64,000 bases of DNA from Candidatus Eiseniibacteriota bacterium (GTDB lineage: Bacteria; Eisenbacteria; RBG-16-71-46), in contig JANYBS010000073.1 of assembly GCA_025360715.1 (NCBI GenBank), forward strand, positions 3,048 through 67,047. Direction: 5' to 3'. Of the stretch, positions 30,901 through 39,316 are shown piece after piece (the first letter of the stretch is position 1; each line of letters begins with the position of its first letter). Made by a program: the position numbers and the translations under genes. The notes beneath the pieces are model-generated. The model saw only the letters and a list, made by a program, of their open reading frames with translations, ran no database searches and was not told the DNA's origin.

Positions 30901-31356
30901 AACGGTAGTCTTGAGCTGGTCGCTCCGGACCGCGATAGCCTTCTCTATGCCTATTCACTTCCCATCCTGGCCAATGACGCCGTCGCCACCTCGTGGACGA
31001 TGGTCGGCGGCGACCCGGGGCGCACGAGCGCCCTGCTCGAGTCGCGCACGCCGTCGCCGGCGGCGGCTTCGCCGGGGCCGCTCGTGCGCGCGAGCTTCAA
31101 GGCGTTCCCGAACCCCGCGCGTCGCAAGCCCGTGGAGTTCGCGTTCACGCTGAGCGAGCCCGCGCAGGTGGAGTTCCGCATCGTCGATTCGTCGGGCCAC
31201 GAAGTGGCGTCGTTCTCGCGCCATGGCGAGCGCGCCGAGAACCTTGTGGTCTGGGATCCTGGCGCGCTGCCGGCCGGCTTGTACGTGGCGCGCGTCAAGT
31301 TCTCGGGCCCGGGCGGCTCGCAAGTGGCCATCCAGCCCGTGGGACTCCTGCGGTGA
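27955..31356 (+). CDS. Secreted M6/InhA-like zinc metalloprotease with FG-GAP/beta-propeller-like repeats and a T9SS C-terminal domain
   Basis: Probable GTG start at 27955 (VINLATLLSTSRRSSKVVSLAVLALLAGAAVA signal). The sequence contains HENGHNMFGFLDVYN (HExxH...D.Y as in M6). VCWAGG/DGDG repeats are present. C-terminus FKAFPNPARRKPVEF...FRIVDSSGHEV...LPAGLYVARVKF is a Por_Secre_tail. Confidence 0.65.
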   Translation: MINLATLLSTSRRSSKVVSLAVLALLAGAAVAHPDALTVTPLNTQAGLASARDKGIIARGAPMNASERTVLEARLARQRAFLPVQRQLFSPGRAIDRSLFGNRRVGWQPPIGASRDPRQPMRMQRFGTTIAPPDTIHLAIIRIDFLNDRGGAKSSGTGRFNLDAADTVDNPVDRPPHNRAFYVSQGEALRRYYDQQSYGRVVVDIDVWPTQQDSAFHLTDMADLGPWSFGQGVFQAAVKMMRGMFFAADSQSTALGNRIPWDHYDRYCLVHAGSDLQSDIKQDSKEDIPSFTLFISDTDRVIFPDSTTRPIDRASFIPETINQDGYYGAINGVMAHENGHNMFGFLDVYNVETGYPVVGYWSLMDSGNLVGSRLQLKDGSEIFATGLLPPSIDPLQRDFIGGGLRFAEPAWGETLSIANNERNNLMYKVPLSSDEYLLLENRYLSPAAAVQLEADSITHVVLGPKSPDRYEYDALLPGSGILVWHIDASVIPFETSLRPNPDFSLNANPARLADEVIQASGLDDLGDVSSPYLLGSPLDPYQRSINPSLSDSTQPNLIPNQKTRPHVRIDFLDDTGATQHFVANRTWAQPGWPIVASFPPGGPLPLAIDMDGDRNLEVCWAGGRAGRADSAAVFAVRSNGTGLLGTSLELTSLPQRPRPLIAAVVTGDPDLGTGPSLVAATTYHYGAADTTGGRVYLIDHNGAQSFGWPVKLPSPASTSPVIAGAWPNIFVFVGAEDGRVYVLDRTGAVVATSNTSLGSAITGRLAFWQGGPTPNTEVAGAKNLIAAGCATGLVSTFAFNASALTQEGQMQVTSSTTFTPDFLWLRMNGTGAQAAADCAAGGPVLAVHHADKIWAFCPSGAALPGWGHSLGDTVVAGLGAGDPDGDGFPEVLYQTVTSQVGFLNRDGYPSPGWPKAGTTEHLRTLSPALALDVDHDGRSEVVALDGSGVIAALDARGKTPAGWPLATGAGASGSGVAADLDRNGSLELVAPDRDSLLYAYSLPILANDAVATSWTMVGGDPGRTSALLESRTPSPAAASPGPLVRASFKAFPNPARRKPVEFAFTLSEPAQVEFRIVDSSGHEVASFSRHGERAENLVVWDPGALPAGLYVARVKFSGPGGSQVAIQPVGLLR

Positions 31357-32144
31357 TGAAGCTCTGGCGCCATGTGGCCTGTGGGGCGATGCTCGGCGTG
31401 CTGCTGGTTGCCGCCGCATCGGCCGACGTGCCGACGTATTCGCAGATGGCGCTGCCGCTCTGGATGCCTGCCGCCAAGGCCGATGGCCTGCTGGCTCAGC
31501 GCACGATCGATCGCGACTGGGGTGCTTCTGAGGACTCCATCTACAAAGAGGTCGATGTGCCGGGCTTCAAGTCAGAAGGGCTCGCGCTCGCGGCCTCCGC
31601 GGCGATCCCGGGCGCGGGACAACTCTATGCGGGCGAGGGTAGCGGCTGGCTGTTCCTGCTCACCGAGGCCGCGGGCTGGACCGGCCGGGTGTTCTCCAAC
31701 CGCAAGGCCGACCGCTACAACGATCAAGCGATCCGCTATCTGGGTACGCCGACGGATTCGAGCTCGAACTGGTCTTTCCGGCGCTGGGTGAACTCCACGG
31801 GCGGCGACCCGAGCAATCTGGAACAGCTGTATGCGGCCGACCGCGAATCATTCTACCGGGCCCTCGCCACGGATCCGCAATACCTGGCGGGGTTCGGCAC
31901 CACGCATCCGGAATTGGTGTATTCCGCATACCGCGACCTGCGCACACGCCGCGATGACACATTGCACCGCACCTGGCTGATCGAATCCGCACTTTGGCTC
32001 AACCATCTCGTGGCTGCGATCGACGCGTTCCGCGCCGCGCGGTCACACAACCTGCCGCTGCGCCAGCAGTACGAGCTCAAGCTCGGCCAGCGCTGGAATC
32101 ACGGGACGCCCGAGTTCAAGGCGGCGCTCGTGCGGAGGTTCTGA
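31356..32144 (+). CDS. Secreted hypothetical protein (paralog family A)
   Basis: The ATG overlaps the upstream TGA (TGATG). Signal peptide MKLWRHVACGAMLGVLLVAAASA. It has an IPGAGQLYAGEGSGWLFLLTEAAGWTGRVF segment similar to the next gene. It ends ...VRRF. Confidence 0.45.
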   Translation: MKLWRHVACGAMLGVLLVAAASADVPTYSQMALPLWMPAAKADGLLAQRTIDRDWGASEDSIYKEVDVPGFKSEGLALAASAAIPGAGQLYAGEGSGWLFLLTEAAGWTGRVFSNRKADRYNDQAIRYLGTPTDSSSNWSFRRWVNSTGGDPSNLEQLYAADRESFYRALATDPQYLAGFGTTHPELVYSAYRDLRTRRDDTLHRTWLIESALWLNHLVAAIDAFRAARSHNLPLRQQYELKLGQRWNHGTPEFKAALVRRF

Positions 32145-32149
32145 AGGAC

Positions 32150-33055
32150 GTGCGACGCATTCCTGTTCTGCTGCTCTCGCTCGCATTCGCGGTCCTCACG
32201 GCAAGTGCCGTGTGCGCCGGAAGCCTGACCGGCTTCACGCTCGAACCGGTCACGCCAGCACCTTCCTTGGTGCTGGTCTCCGATCTTCTGGCTGCGCCCG
32301 AAGTGGACTTCGGCGGCTCGACGATCAGCTCCTTCGGCGAGAAACCCAAGGGCGAGAAGAAGAATGCAAAGAAGGGCAAGCACGAGCCGGCGCCGGCAGC
32401 CGACGAGGACGTCGGCCTGGGACTGGGCGCCGAACGCGCGCAGATCCTGCTGCGATCGCTCACGGTGCCGGGTTGGGGTCAGGCCACGTTGGGCCACCGC
32501 CACGCAGCGGCGTTCTTCGGTACGATCGAGCTGGGCGTGTGGACGGCCTTCACGGCATTCCATATCCAAGAGGCGATGCGCACCGAGAGTTCGCTGCGCT
32601 CGGCGCGGTTGGACGCGGGCATCGACCTTCACGGCCGCGATGATGAGTTCCGGCGCATCGTGGGCGCGTTCGCGAGCAGCGATGAATACAACTTGTTCGT
32701 CGTCACGCGCGATGCCGCGAATCTCTTTCTCAACGATGTGAATGCACCCGATATATCGCGCTATCGCGCCTACATCGCCGAGCACTCGCTCAAGGGCAAA
32801 GACGCGTGGGCGTGGTCGAGCAACGATACGCGCGACCGCTACGCTGCTCGCCGCAAGGATGCCAATCGCGCATCGTTGCGCGCGAACACCGCACTTGGCA
32901 TCGCGATCGCGAACCGGCTCGTGAGCGCCCTGCACGCCTCTCGTGCAGCGGGCCGCGCGCACCGCGCCCCGGCGCACAGCTGGAACTTCGAGATCACGCC
33001 TGCACCGGGCGTGGACCCGACTGCGTTCCGCGCCGGAGTGAGCGCGAGCTTCTGA
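32150..33055 (+). CDS. Secreted hypothetical protein with a Lys-rich segment (paralog family A)
   Basis: GTG at 32150 preceded by GAAGGA. Signal VRRIPVLLLSLAFAVLTASAVCA. Contains EKPKGEKKNAKKGKHEP. It has VPGWGQATLGHRHAAAFFGTIELGVWTAF, which parallels the segment in the previous gene. It ends ...SASF. Confidence 0.4.
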   Translation: MRRIPVLLLSLAFAVLTASAVCAGSLTGFTLEPVTPAPSLVLVSDLLAAPEVDFGGSTISSFGEKPKGEKKNAKKGKHEPAPAADEDVGLGLGAERAQILLRSLTVPGWGQATLGHRHAAAFFGTIELGVWTAFTAFHIQEAMRTESSLRSARLDAGIDLHGRDDEFRRIVGAFASSDEYNLFVVTRDAANLFLNDVNAPDISRYRAYIAEHSLKGKDAWAWSSNDTRDRYAARRKDANRASLRANTALGIAIANRLVSALHASRAAGRAHRAPAHSWNFEITPAPGVDPTAFRAGVSASF

Positions 33056-33072
33056 GCCCGCGGCCGCGCGCC

Positions 33073-34077
33073 ATGCTGCCGCCGCGACTCGCGACACTGC
33101 TCGCACTCGCGCTCACGCTCACGGCGAGTCTCGCCTACAGTGCGCAGCCCGATTCGACGCTCGTCGCTGGCGCCACGCCGCTCAGGCTCGATTCGCTGGG
33201 CGTCTATGGTCACGCCGGCACTGACGACGGCGGGCTGGTGGCGCCCTCCGGGCTGGCGACCGATCAGTTCGCGCACATCTGGGTGAGTGATGCGAGCACG
33301 AACCGCCTGCAGCGCTGGGATGCCGCGGGGCAGTGGCTGGGGCAGAGCGGCTCGCTTGGCAGTGACGCGAACCAGTTCCGCCGGCCTGCGAGCGTTGCTC
33401 GCCTGGGATCCTCGGGCGTGGCGGTGCTGGACATCGAGAACCGCCGCGTCGTGACGTATGACCTGCTCGGCCGCCTTGCCGTGGTGCTGGTGCAACTCGA
33501 TGCCGCAGCCCTCGAGGAGCAGACGGGCCGTATCACGCCGGTGTCCCTGGCCGCGGACCGCGGCGGCGCGCTGTACGTGGCCGATGGCGATCGCGACCGC
33601 GTGCTGGCGTTCGACTTCGCCGGGCGGCTGGTGCGTACCGTGGGCAGCTATGGCGCAGCACCCGGCAGCTTCCGCGGACTCGCGAGTATCGCCGTGGCGC
33701 CGCATGGCGAGTTGGTCACGGTCGAGCGGCCGGTGAGCCTGCCGCGCAAGCGCGCGAACGCCGCCGATAGTCTTGCGGCCTCGGGCGCGCGTGTGCAGCG
33801 GCTCGATGCGGGCGGTGCGCCGATCGCCTCGTGGCTCGTGCCGGCCGTATCCGAAGAGAGTTTCGCGCTGGCCGTGGACGACTCGGGCCGTGTGGCGGTC
33901 ACCTGCGCGTCGGCCGGCACGGTGACCGTGTACTCGCGCGAGGGCCGAGTGCTGGCAGCGCGCGAAGGCCTCGCTCAGCCTGGCGCGGTGGCATGGATGC
34001 CCGACGGCGCGCTGCTGGTGGCCGAAGCGGGACGCGGCCGGATCCTGCGCGTCGCGCCTTCTGCCGCGAAGCCGTGA
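33073..34077 (+). CDS. Secreted NHL-repeat (six-bladed beta-propeller) protein
   Basis: Signal MLPPRLATLLALALTLTASLAYSA. Repeated ...IWVSDASTNRLQRWD..., ...GALYVADGDRDRVLAFD..., ...LLVAEAGRGRILRV... blocks typical of NHL repeats. Confidence 0.6.
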   Translation: MLPPRLATLLALALTLTASLAYSAQPDSTLVAGATPLRLDSLGVYGHAGTDDGGLVAPSGLATDQFAHIWVSDASTNRLQRWDAAGQWLGQSGSLGSDANQFRRPASVARLGSSGVAVLDIENRRVVTYDLLGRLAVVLVQLDAAALEEQTGRITPVSLAADRGGALYVADGDRDRVLAFDFAGRLVRTVGSYGAAPGSFRGLASIAVAPHGELVTVERPVSLPRKRANAADSLAASGARVQRLDAGGAPIASWLVPAVSEESFALAVDDSGRVAVTCASAGTVTVYSREGRVLAAREGLAQPGAVAWMPDGALLVAEAGRGRILRVAPSAAKP

Positions 34078-37000
34078 TGCGGCACGCGGCGCGCATCGCG
34101 CTGCTGCTGGCCGGCGTGCTGGGTGGCGGCGCAGGTCAAGGCATAGGGAACAACGTGACGCCGCTCTTGCTGCTGCCGGCCGCGGCGCAGGCGAGCGAGG
34201 CGCGCGATCCCGGTTGCGGCGTCACGCGCATCGTCGCGGTCTCGGGCGCGGTCACCTACCGGTTGCCGCACGGCTTCGTTCGCGCGGGCAGCGATTCGCT
34301 GTGGACGCGTGCGCGCACCTGGGTGCGCGGCAAGGACTACCTGCTCGATGCGTTGCGCGGCGACGTGCGTGTGCTGGCGTCGCTCACGCCAGGCGAGACG
34401 CTCTACGTCGCGTCCTGCTGGCTGCTGCGCCCGCCGCCCTTGGAATACGCGCGCGCCTACTACCGGCCGCTGCGGATGGATGAGCCTGCGGCGGCCGCAC
34501 CGGATTCCGCGAACGTGCAGGCCGCGCCGCGGCCATCCACGGGCCGCGAACTGGCCAATGCTCCAGGCGGTGCGCAGCTGAGCGTGACGGGCAACAAGAC
34601 GATCGCGGTGGAGTTCGGCTCGTCACAGGATGCGGCGCTACGGCAATCGCTCGATCTGGCGGTGATCGGCCAGCTCGCGCCGGGGGTGGAGTTGACCGGC
34701 GTGCTCTCGGACCGCAACACGCCACTCACCGCGCAGGGCACGACGCAGGACTTGCAATCGCTCGACCGTGTGCTGCTCGAGCTCAAGGCCCCGCGCGGCA
34801 GTGCGTCGTTCGGCGACATCCCGCTGGTGTTCGACCGCGGCCAGTTCTCGCGACTGGAACGGCGTGTGCAAGGCGTGCGCGGCGAAGTGCATGATCACGG
34901 CTTCACGGCTTCGCTGGCGGCGGCGAGCGCGCAAGGCGAGTACAACCGCATGCAGTTCGTCGGCGTGGACGGCCTGCAAGGGCCGTACGCACTCACCGAC
35001 CGCACGGGCAGCACCGCGATCACCGTGGTCGCCGGCAGCGAAGTGGTCACCGTCGACGGCGCGCGCATGACTCGTGGCGAGAGCGCGGACTACTCGATCG
35101 ACTACGAACGCGCTCGCATCACATTCTCCAACCGCCGCCCGGTCTCGAGCGCGAGCCGCATCACGGTGGAATACCAATATGCGGTCACGCGTTACCGCCG
35201 CAACCTCGCGGCGTTCACGGGCGGCTGGGGCACCGGCGCGTACCGCTTGTTCGTGAACGCCATCCGCGAGAGTGACGACAAGGGCCGGCCGTTGGATCTG
35301 ACCTTCTCGGCGCAGGACCTGCTGACCCTGGCCGCTGCAGGCGATTCGGCGGCGCGCGCGGTGGGCAACGGCGTGACGGCTGGCACCGGCGATTACGATT
35401 CGTTGCGCGTGGCGCTGGATACACTCATCTATGTCTTTGTAGGTTCCAACGCGGGCCACTTCGACGTGCGGTTCGCGCGTATCGGGCCGGGTCAGGGTGA
35501 CTACGCGGATTCCGCCGTGGTCGCGGGCCGCACGTCTTACCGGTACGTGGGCCCGGGTGGGGGCGCATTCGTGATCGGTCGCGCGCTGCCGTTGCCTGAA
35601 TCGCATGACCTGCTGGCACTGGGCGGCAGCGCGGCGTTCGGCGCGCTCACGCTCGAAGCCGAAGGCGCCACGTCGAAGCGCGACCGCAATCTCTACTCGG
35701 CGCTGGACGACCAGAATGATGGTGGTGCTGCCGGGCGTCTGAGCGCGCAACTCGAAGGGCGTCTCGGCCCGCTGCCGGGCCGCGCCGGCGCGCAGGTGGG
35801 CGCGCGTACCGTGGCGCGGCGTTTCGAGTCGTTCTCGCGCCTGGAGCGTCCGTTCGCCGAAGAGGACTGGGGCTTACCCGTGGGCGCCGACCTGGAACAC
35901 CAGCGCCGCGGCGACGGTGCGCTGTGGTGGCAGCCGCGCGTGGGCAGCGAACTGCGCGTGGACGTGAGCGCGCTCAGCACCCCCGACGGCTACCGCGGCA
36001 CGCGCCGCCATGGGGAATGGACGGGCGCCGGGCGGCTCTCCACCCACGCGCTGTGGCTGGAGTCCGACGGCACGCTGAGTGGCGTACGTTATGGCGCGGC
36101 CGGGCGTTCGCGCTGGCTCGCCGAGGCGCGCTTCACGGGCGGCGTGCTGGTGCCCGCGGTGCACGCCGAGCATGATCGCCGGCGCACAGCGGCGGATTCG
36201 GCGGCCAGTGTGAACCGCGTCGATGAAGTGACGGGCGAGCTGGCCTCGGGCGCGCAGGTACCGTGGAAGCTGCTCGCCGGCCTGGGCGAGCGCCGCGAGA
36301 CGCAGGAGGCTTCGGCGGCATCCAGCGCTCGAGCGCGCCGCGCGACCACGTACCGGCTGCAGGCCGAGAGTCCGCCCACGGCGCCGGTTGGCGTGGGGCT
36401 GAGCGGCCTGCGACGCGTGGCGCATGACGCGCTCGCCGCGCGAACGTCGAGCGATCTGGCGAGCGTCCGGCTGCGTGGCGAGCGCAAGCGCTGGGGACTC
36501 TCGGGCACCATGAACGTGGAGGTCACGAGCGAAGCCGAGAACCAGCGCGTGCGGACGCTGCAATTCGTGGGCGCGGGCCGCGGCGCCTACGACGCGTTCG
36601 GCAACTTCGTGGGCACCGGCGACTACGATCTGGTGCTCACGGTGAGCACACTTCTCGACCGCTATGCGCGCGTGGCGACCAGTGCGCATGCGGCGTGGGT
36701 GTTCGGCAAGAGCGAGATGTGGCGCGGCTCACGCATGGAGTTCACGCTCGAGGATGAAGCGCGCCGCCGCGGCGAGCTGCGTCTTGCCGACGCGATCCTC
36801 TCGACGGGTATCGCGCTCGAGGACGGCGCGCTCTCTCGCGGCGCGGTGCTGCAGCGTCTAGAGGGCGAGCTGGCGCCCGGCTCGCGGATCGCGGCGCTGC
36901 GCATGCGCGCGGAGCGCCGCGTGGCCGCGGACCGATCGTTCAGTGATTTCGCACAGACGACCGACCAGCGTCAGGGCTCGCTGCGTTGGCGCGCGAGGCC

Positions 37001-37478
37001 GGGCAAGGAGACCACGGTGGAGACCGAAGCGCGCGTCAACTGGCAGCGCGCGACTCAAGAGCTGGCGGCCGGCAGTCGCTACGACCGCACGATCGTGGAG
37101 GAGGGCGCGCAGACGCAGTGGGTATGGCAGCCGGGCCCGGCGCTGCGGTTGGCTGGCGCTGCGGACCTGGGGTTCTCGAGGCCGCAGGGGCAGTTGGATG
37201 CCACGCGTACGATCAAGATCGGCCCCGACGTGAGTATGGCCGTGGGCGCGCGCGGCCGCGCCGAACTGGTGCTGCGCCGCGCGTTCGTTTCGGGCCCGCC
37301 GGCGAGCGCGCTGATCCCGAGTGTGGATCCCGCGGGCGCCGCGCGCTGGGACGCGCACGCGCGCTTCGACCTGCGCTTGCATGAGACAACGACCTTCGGC
37401 TTGAGCGGCGACCTGCGCGAGCGCCCGGACCGCCCGACCGTGGTGAGTGGCCGGGCAGAAGTGCGAGCGTTCTTTTGA
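34077..37478 (+). CDS. Large (1133 aa) secreted/outer-membrane-associated protein, possibly TamB/AsmA-like (hypothetical)
   Basis: The ATG overlaps the upstream TGA. N-terminal signal/anchor MRHAARIALLLAGVLGGGAG. Beta-rich and Arg-rich composition. The C-terminus ...GRAEVRAFF has a terminal aromatic like OM beta-signals. It is immediately followed (4-nt overlap) by an Omp85-family gene. Confidence 0.45.
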   Translation: MRHAARIALLLAGVLGGGAGQGIGNNVTPLLLLPAAAQASEARDPGCGVTRIVAVSGAVTYRLPHGFVRAGSDSLWTRARTWVRGKDYLLDALRGDVRVLASLTPGETLYVASCWLLRPPPLEYARAYYRPLRMDEPAAAAPDSANVQAAPRPSTGRELANAPGGAQLSVTGNKTIAVEFGSSQDAALRQSLDLAVIGQLAPGVELTGVLSDRNTPLTAQGTTQDLQSLDRVLLELKAPRGSASFGDIPLVFDRGQFSRLERRVQGVRGEVHDHGFTASLAAASAQGEYNRMQFVGVDGLQGPYALTDRTGSTAITVVAGSEVVTVDGARMTRGESADYSIDYERARITFSNRRPVSSASRITVEYQYAVTRYRRNLAAFTGGWGTGAYRLFVNAIRESDDKGRPLDLTFSAQDLLTLAAAGDSAARAVGNGVTAGTGDYDSLRVALDTLIYVFVGSNAGHFDVRFARIGPGQGDYADSAVVAGRTSYRYVGPGGGAFVIGRALPLPESHDLLALGGSAAFGALTLEAEGATSKRDRNLYSALDDQNDGGAAGRLSAQLEGRLGPLPGRAGAQVGARTVARRFESFSRLERPFAEEDWGLPVGADLEHQRRGDGALWWQPRVGSELRVDVSALSTPDGYRGTRRHGEWTGAGRLSTHALWLESDGTLSGVRYGAAGRSRWLAEARFTGGVLVPAVHAEHDRRRTAADSAASVNRVDEVTGELASGAQVPWKLLAGLGERRETQEASAASSARARRATTYRLQAESPPTAPVGVGLSGLRRVAHDALAARTSSDLASVRLRGERKRWGLSGTMNVEVTSEAENQRVRTLQFVGAGRGAYDAFGNFVGTGDYDLVLTVSTLLDRYARVATSAHAAWVFGKSEMWRGSRMEFTLEDEARRRGELRLADAILSTGIALEDGALSRGAVLQRLEGELAPGSRIAALRMRAERRVAADRSFSDFAQTTDQRQGSLRWRARPGKETTVETEARVNWQRATQELAAGSRYDRTIVEEGAQTQWVWQPGPALRLAGAADLGFSRPQGQLDATRTIKIGPDVSMAVGARGRAELVLRRAFVSGPPASALIPSVDPAGAARWDAHARFDLRLHETTTFGLSGDLRERPDRPTVVSGRAEVRAFF

Positions 37479-39316
37479 AAGAGTGGCGTAAGCGCGTGGC
37501 TTCGCGGGCCGGCGGCCCGCTCGTCCGATGGCATCACGCCTCCGGCGCGAAGCGGCTGGCTTGCGGCGGGTGCGGGACGACCGCCCGAACCCGATTGGCG
37601 GCAGGCCTGCTCGTGTGCACAGCGCTTCTGTTTTTTGCGACGAATGCTCTCGCCGCGCCCGCGCGCCTTGCACTCTCGGGCTGGCCGGGCATCGCGCGTG
37701 AGGGCGATGCGGTGCTCCAGCCTGCCGTGCGCTCGCCGGGCGATTCGCTCGCACTGTCGCGTGTGCTGGGTGATGCGGCGGCGGTGTTGCAGGACCAGGG
37801 GTGGCTCGATGCGCGACTCACGGGGGACTGGACGCCTGCGCCCGATCCCGTGTTGAGCGTGCGCGTGATGCCGGGCGTGCGCTACCACTGGGCGGGCATC
37901 GCGCTCGATGCCGCGCCGGGCGACTCGAGTGTGTTCGCGGCGGCGCTCGCACCGGCGAGCGGTGCGGTGGCGAGTCCGGGTGCGTTGCGCACCGGGATCG
38001 AGCGCGCGGTGCGCGATGCCGAAGCGGCGGGCTATGCCTGGGCGCAGTTGGGTGTGAGCGCGTGGACTCAGGATTCGGGCGTGGTGCGCGTGCGGCTGCG
38101 CGGCACACGCGGGCCACGGGTGCAGGTGAGCCAGGCGCGCATCGATGGCTTGAGCACCACGCGCGAGGATGTGGCGCAGCGCGCGGTGGGCAGACTGGTG
38201 GGCCGGCCGTTCGATCCGCTCGCCATTCGCGCGAGTACGCAGCGGCTCGAGCAACTGGGCGTGTTCTCGCGTGTGGAATATCTGGGCCTGGCGGGCGGCG
38301 GCGATTGGCAGCAGGGCATCGTGCGCTGGCGCGTGAGCGAGCCGCGTTACAACACGTTCGAAGGCGCGGTCGGCGTGCAGGGCGCCGCGGGCGTGACAGG
38401 ACTCGCGCATCTGGAACTGGGCAACCTGGCGGGTACCGCGCGCGCGATGGGCCTTACGTGGCAGTCGCGCGGCAAGGGTCTCACGGACTTCTCGGCGCGC
38501 TATGGTGAGCCCCTGGTGATGGGGTTGCCCGTCAAGCTCGAACTGGCGCTGGCGCAGCAGATCCAGGACACGCTCTACTCGCGCTTCCGCTATGGTGCGA
38601 AGGGTCGTGTGGCCCTGTCGGCGGGTCAACGGTTCGAGGCGGGGTTCGAGGAAGAACGCGTCGTGCAGCCCCACGGCGCCGTCCAGGAGGCGGATCTGCA
38701 GAACACCACATTCGCGCTCGAGCGCGACCTGCGCGACGACGCGCTCGCGCCTCGGCGCGGCACGCGTCTGCGCGTGGGCGCGAGCCAGGTCTACAAGCGC
38801 GAGACGCTGCGCGCGACGGCCTTCAGCGCGGCCACCAAGCGCCGCGCGCAGGCAAGTGCCGCCGACGCGCACTTCGAGTGGCACCGGGCCACGGGCACGC
38901 GTTCGGGCGTGGCGCTCGAGGCGAGCGCAGCGGCGCGCTTCAGTGACCAGCGCGTGCTGCCGGACTGGGAACGCTATCCCGTGGGAGGCGCGGCGTCCCT
39001 ACGGGGTCATGCCGAAGAAGAGTTCAAGGCCGACCGTTACGCGCTCTCGCGTCTGGAATACCGTTGGTTCCTGGACTCGGCGGGCTCGCGCGCGTCGCTC
39101 TTCTGGGACCACGCGTTCGTGCAGTCGCGCGATGCGGTTCTCGATGCCACCGGCGCTGCCTCGGGCGACGCGCTGCACCGCCAGCAGGCCGACGGCCTGG
39201 GCTTTGGTCTGCGCTTGCCGGCGGCCGGCGGCGTGGTGGACCTGGACTATGGTATCGCGCCGGGACGTGGCTTCCTCGAAGGCAAGATCCACCTGCAACT
39301 GGTGACGGCATTCTGA
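37475..39316 (+). CDS. Omp85-family (TamA/BamA-like) outer-membrane protein with POTRA domains
   Basis: 613 aa. N-terminal signal peptide. POTRA-like segments (VRVMPGVRYHWAGIALD..., VRLRGTRGPRVQVSQARIDGL...REDVAQRAVG...). A C-terminal barrel ending ...GKIHLQLVTAF. Size is consistent with TamA. Confidence 0.65.
   Translation: MKEWRKRVASRAGGPLVRWHHASGAKRLACGGCGTTARTRLAAGLLVCTALLFFATNALAAPARLALSGWPGIAREGDAVLQPAVRSPGDSLALSRVLGDAAAVLQDQGWLDARLTGDWTPAPDPVLSVRVMPGVRYHWAGIALDAAPGDSSVFAAALAPASGAVASPGALRTGIERAVRDAEAAGYAWAQLGVSAWTQDSGVVRVRLRGTRGPRVQVSQARIDGLSTTREDVAQRAVGRLVGRPFDPLAIRASTQRLEQLGVFSRVEYLGLAGGGDWQQGIVRWRVSEPRYNTFEGAVGVQGAAGVTGLAHLELGNLAGTARAMGLTWQSRGKGLTDFSARYGEPLVMGLPVKLELALAQQIQDTLYSRFRYGAKGRVALSAGQRFEAGFEEERVVQPHGAVQEADLQNTTFALERDLRDDALAPRRGTRLRVGASQVYKRETLRATAFSAATKRRAQASAADAHFEWHRATGTRSGVALEASAAARFSDQRVLPDWERYPVGGAASLRGHAEEEFKADRYALSRLEYRWFLDSAGSRASLFWDHAFVQSRDAVLDATGAASGDALHRQQADGLGFGLRLPAAGGVVDLDYGIAPGRGFLEGKIHLQLVTAF

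Noticed and set aside
37079-38884. 601-aa minus-strand ORF spanning the junction of the 1133-aa gene and the Omp85 gene
   Set aside because: It is antisense to two coupled plus-strand genes with signal peptides and POTRA/barrel features. It is extremely Arg-rich.
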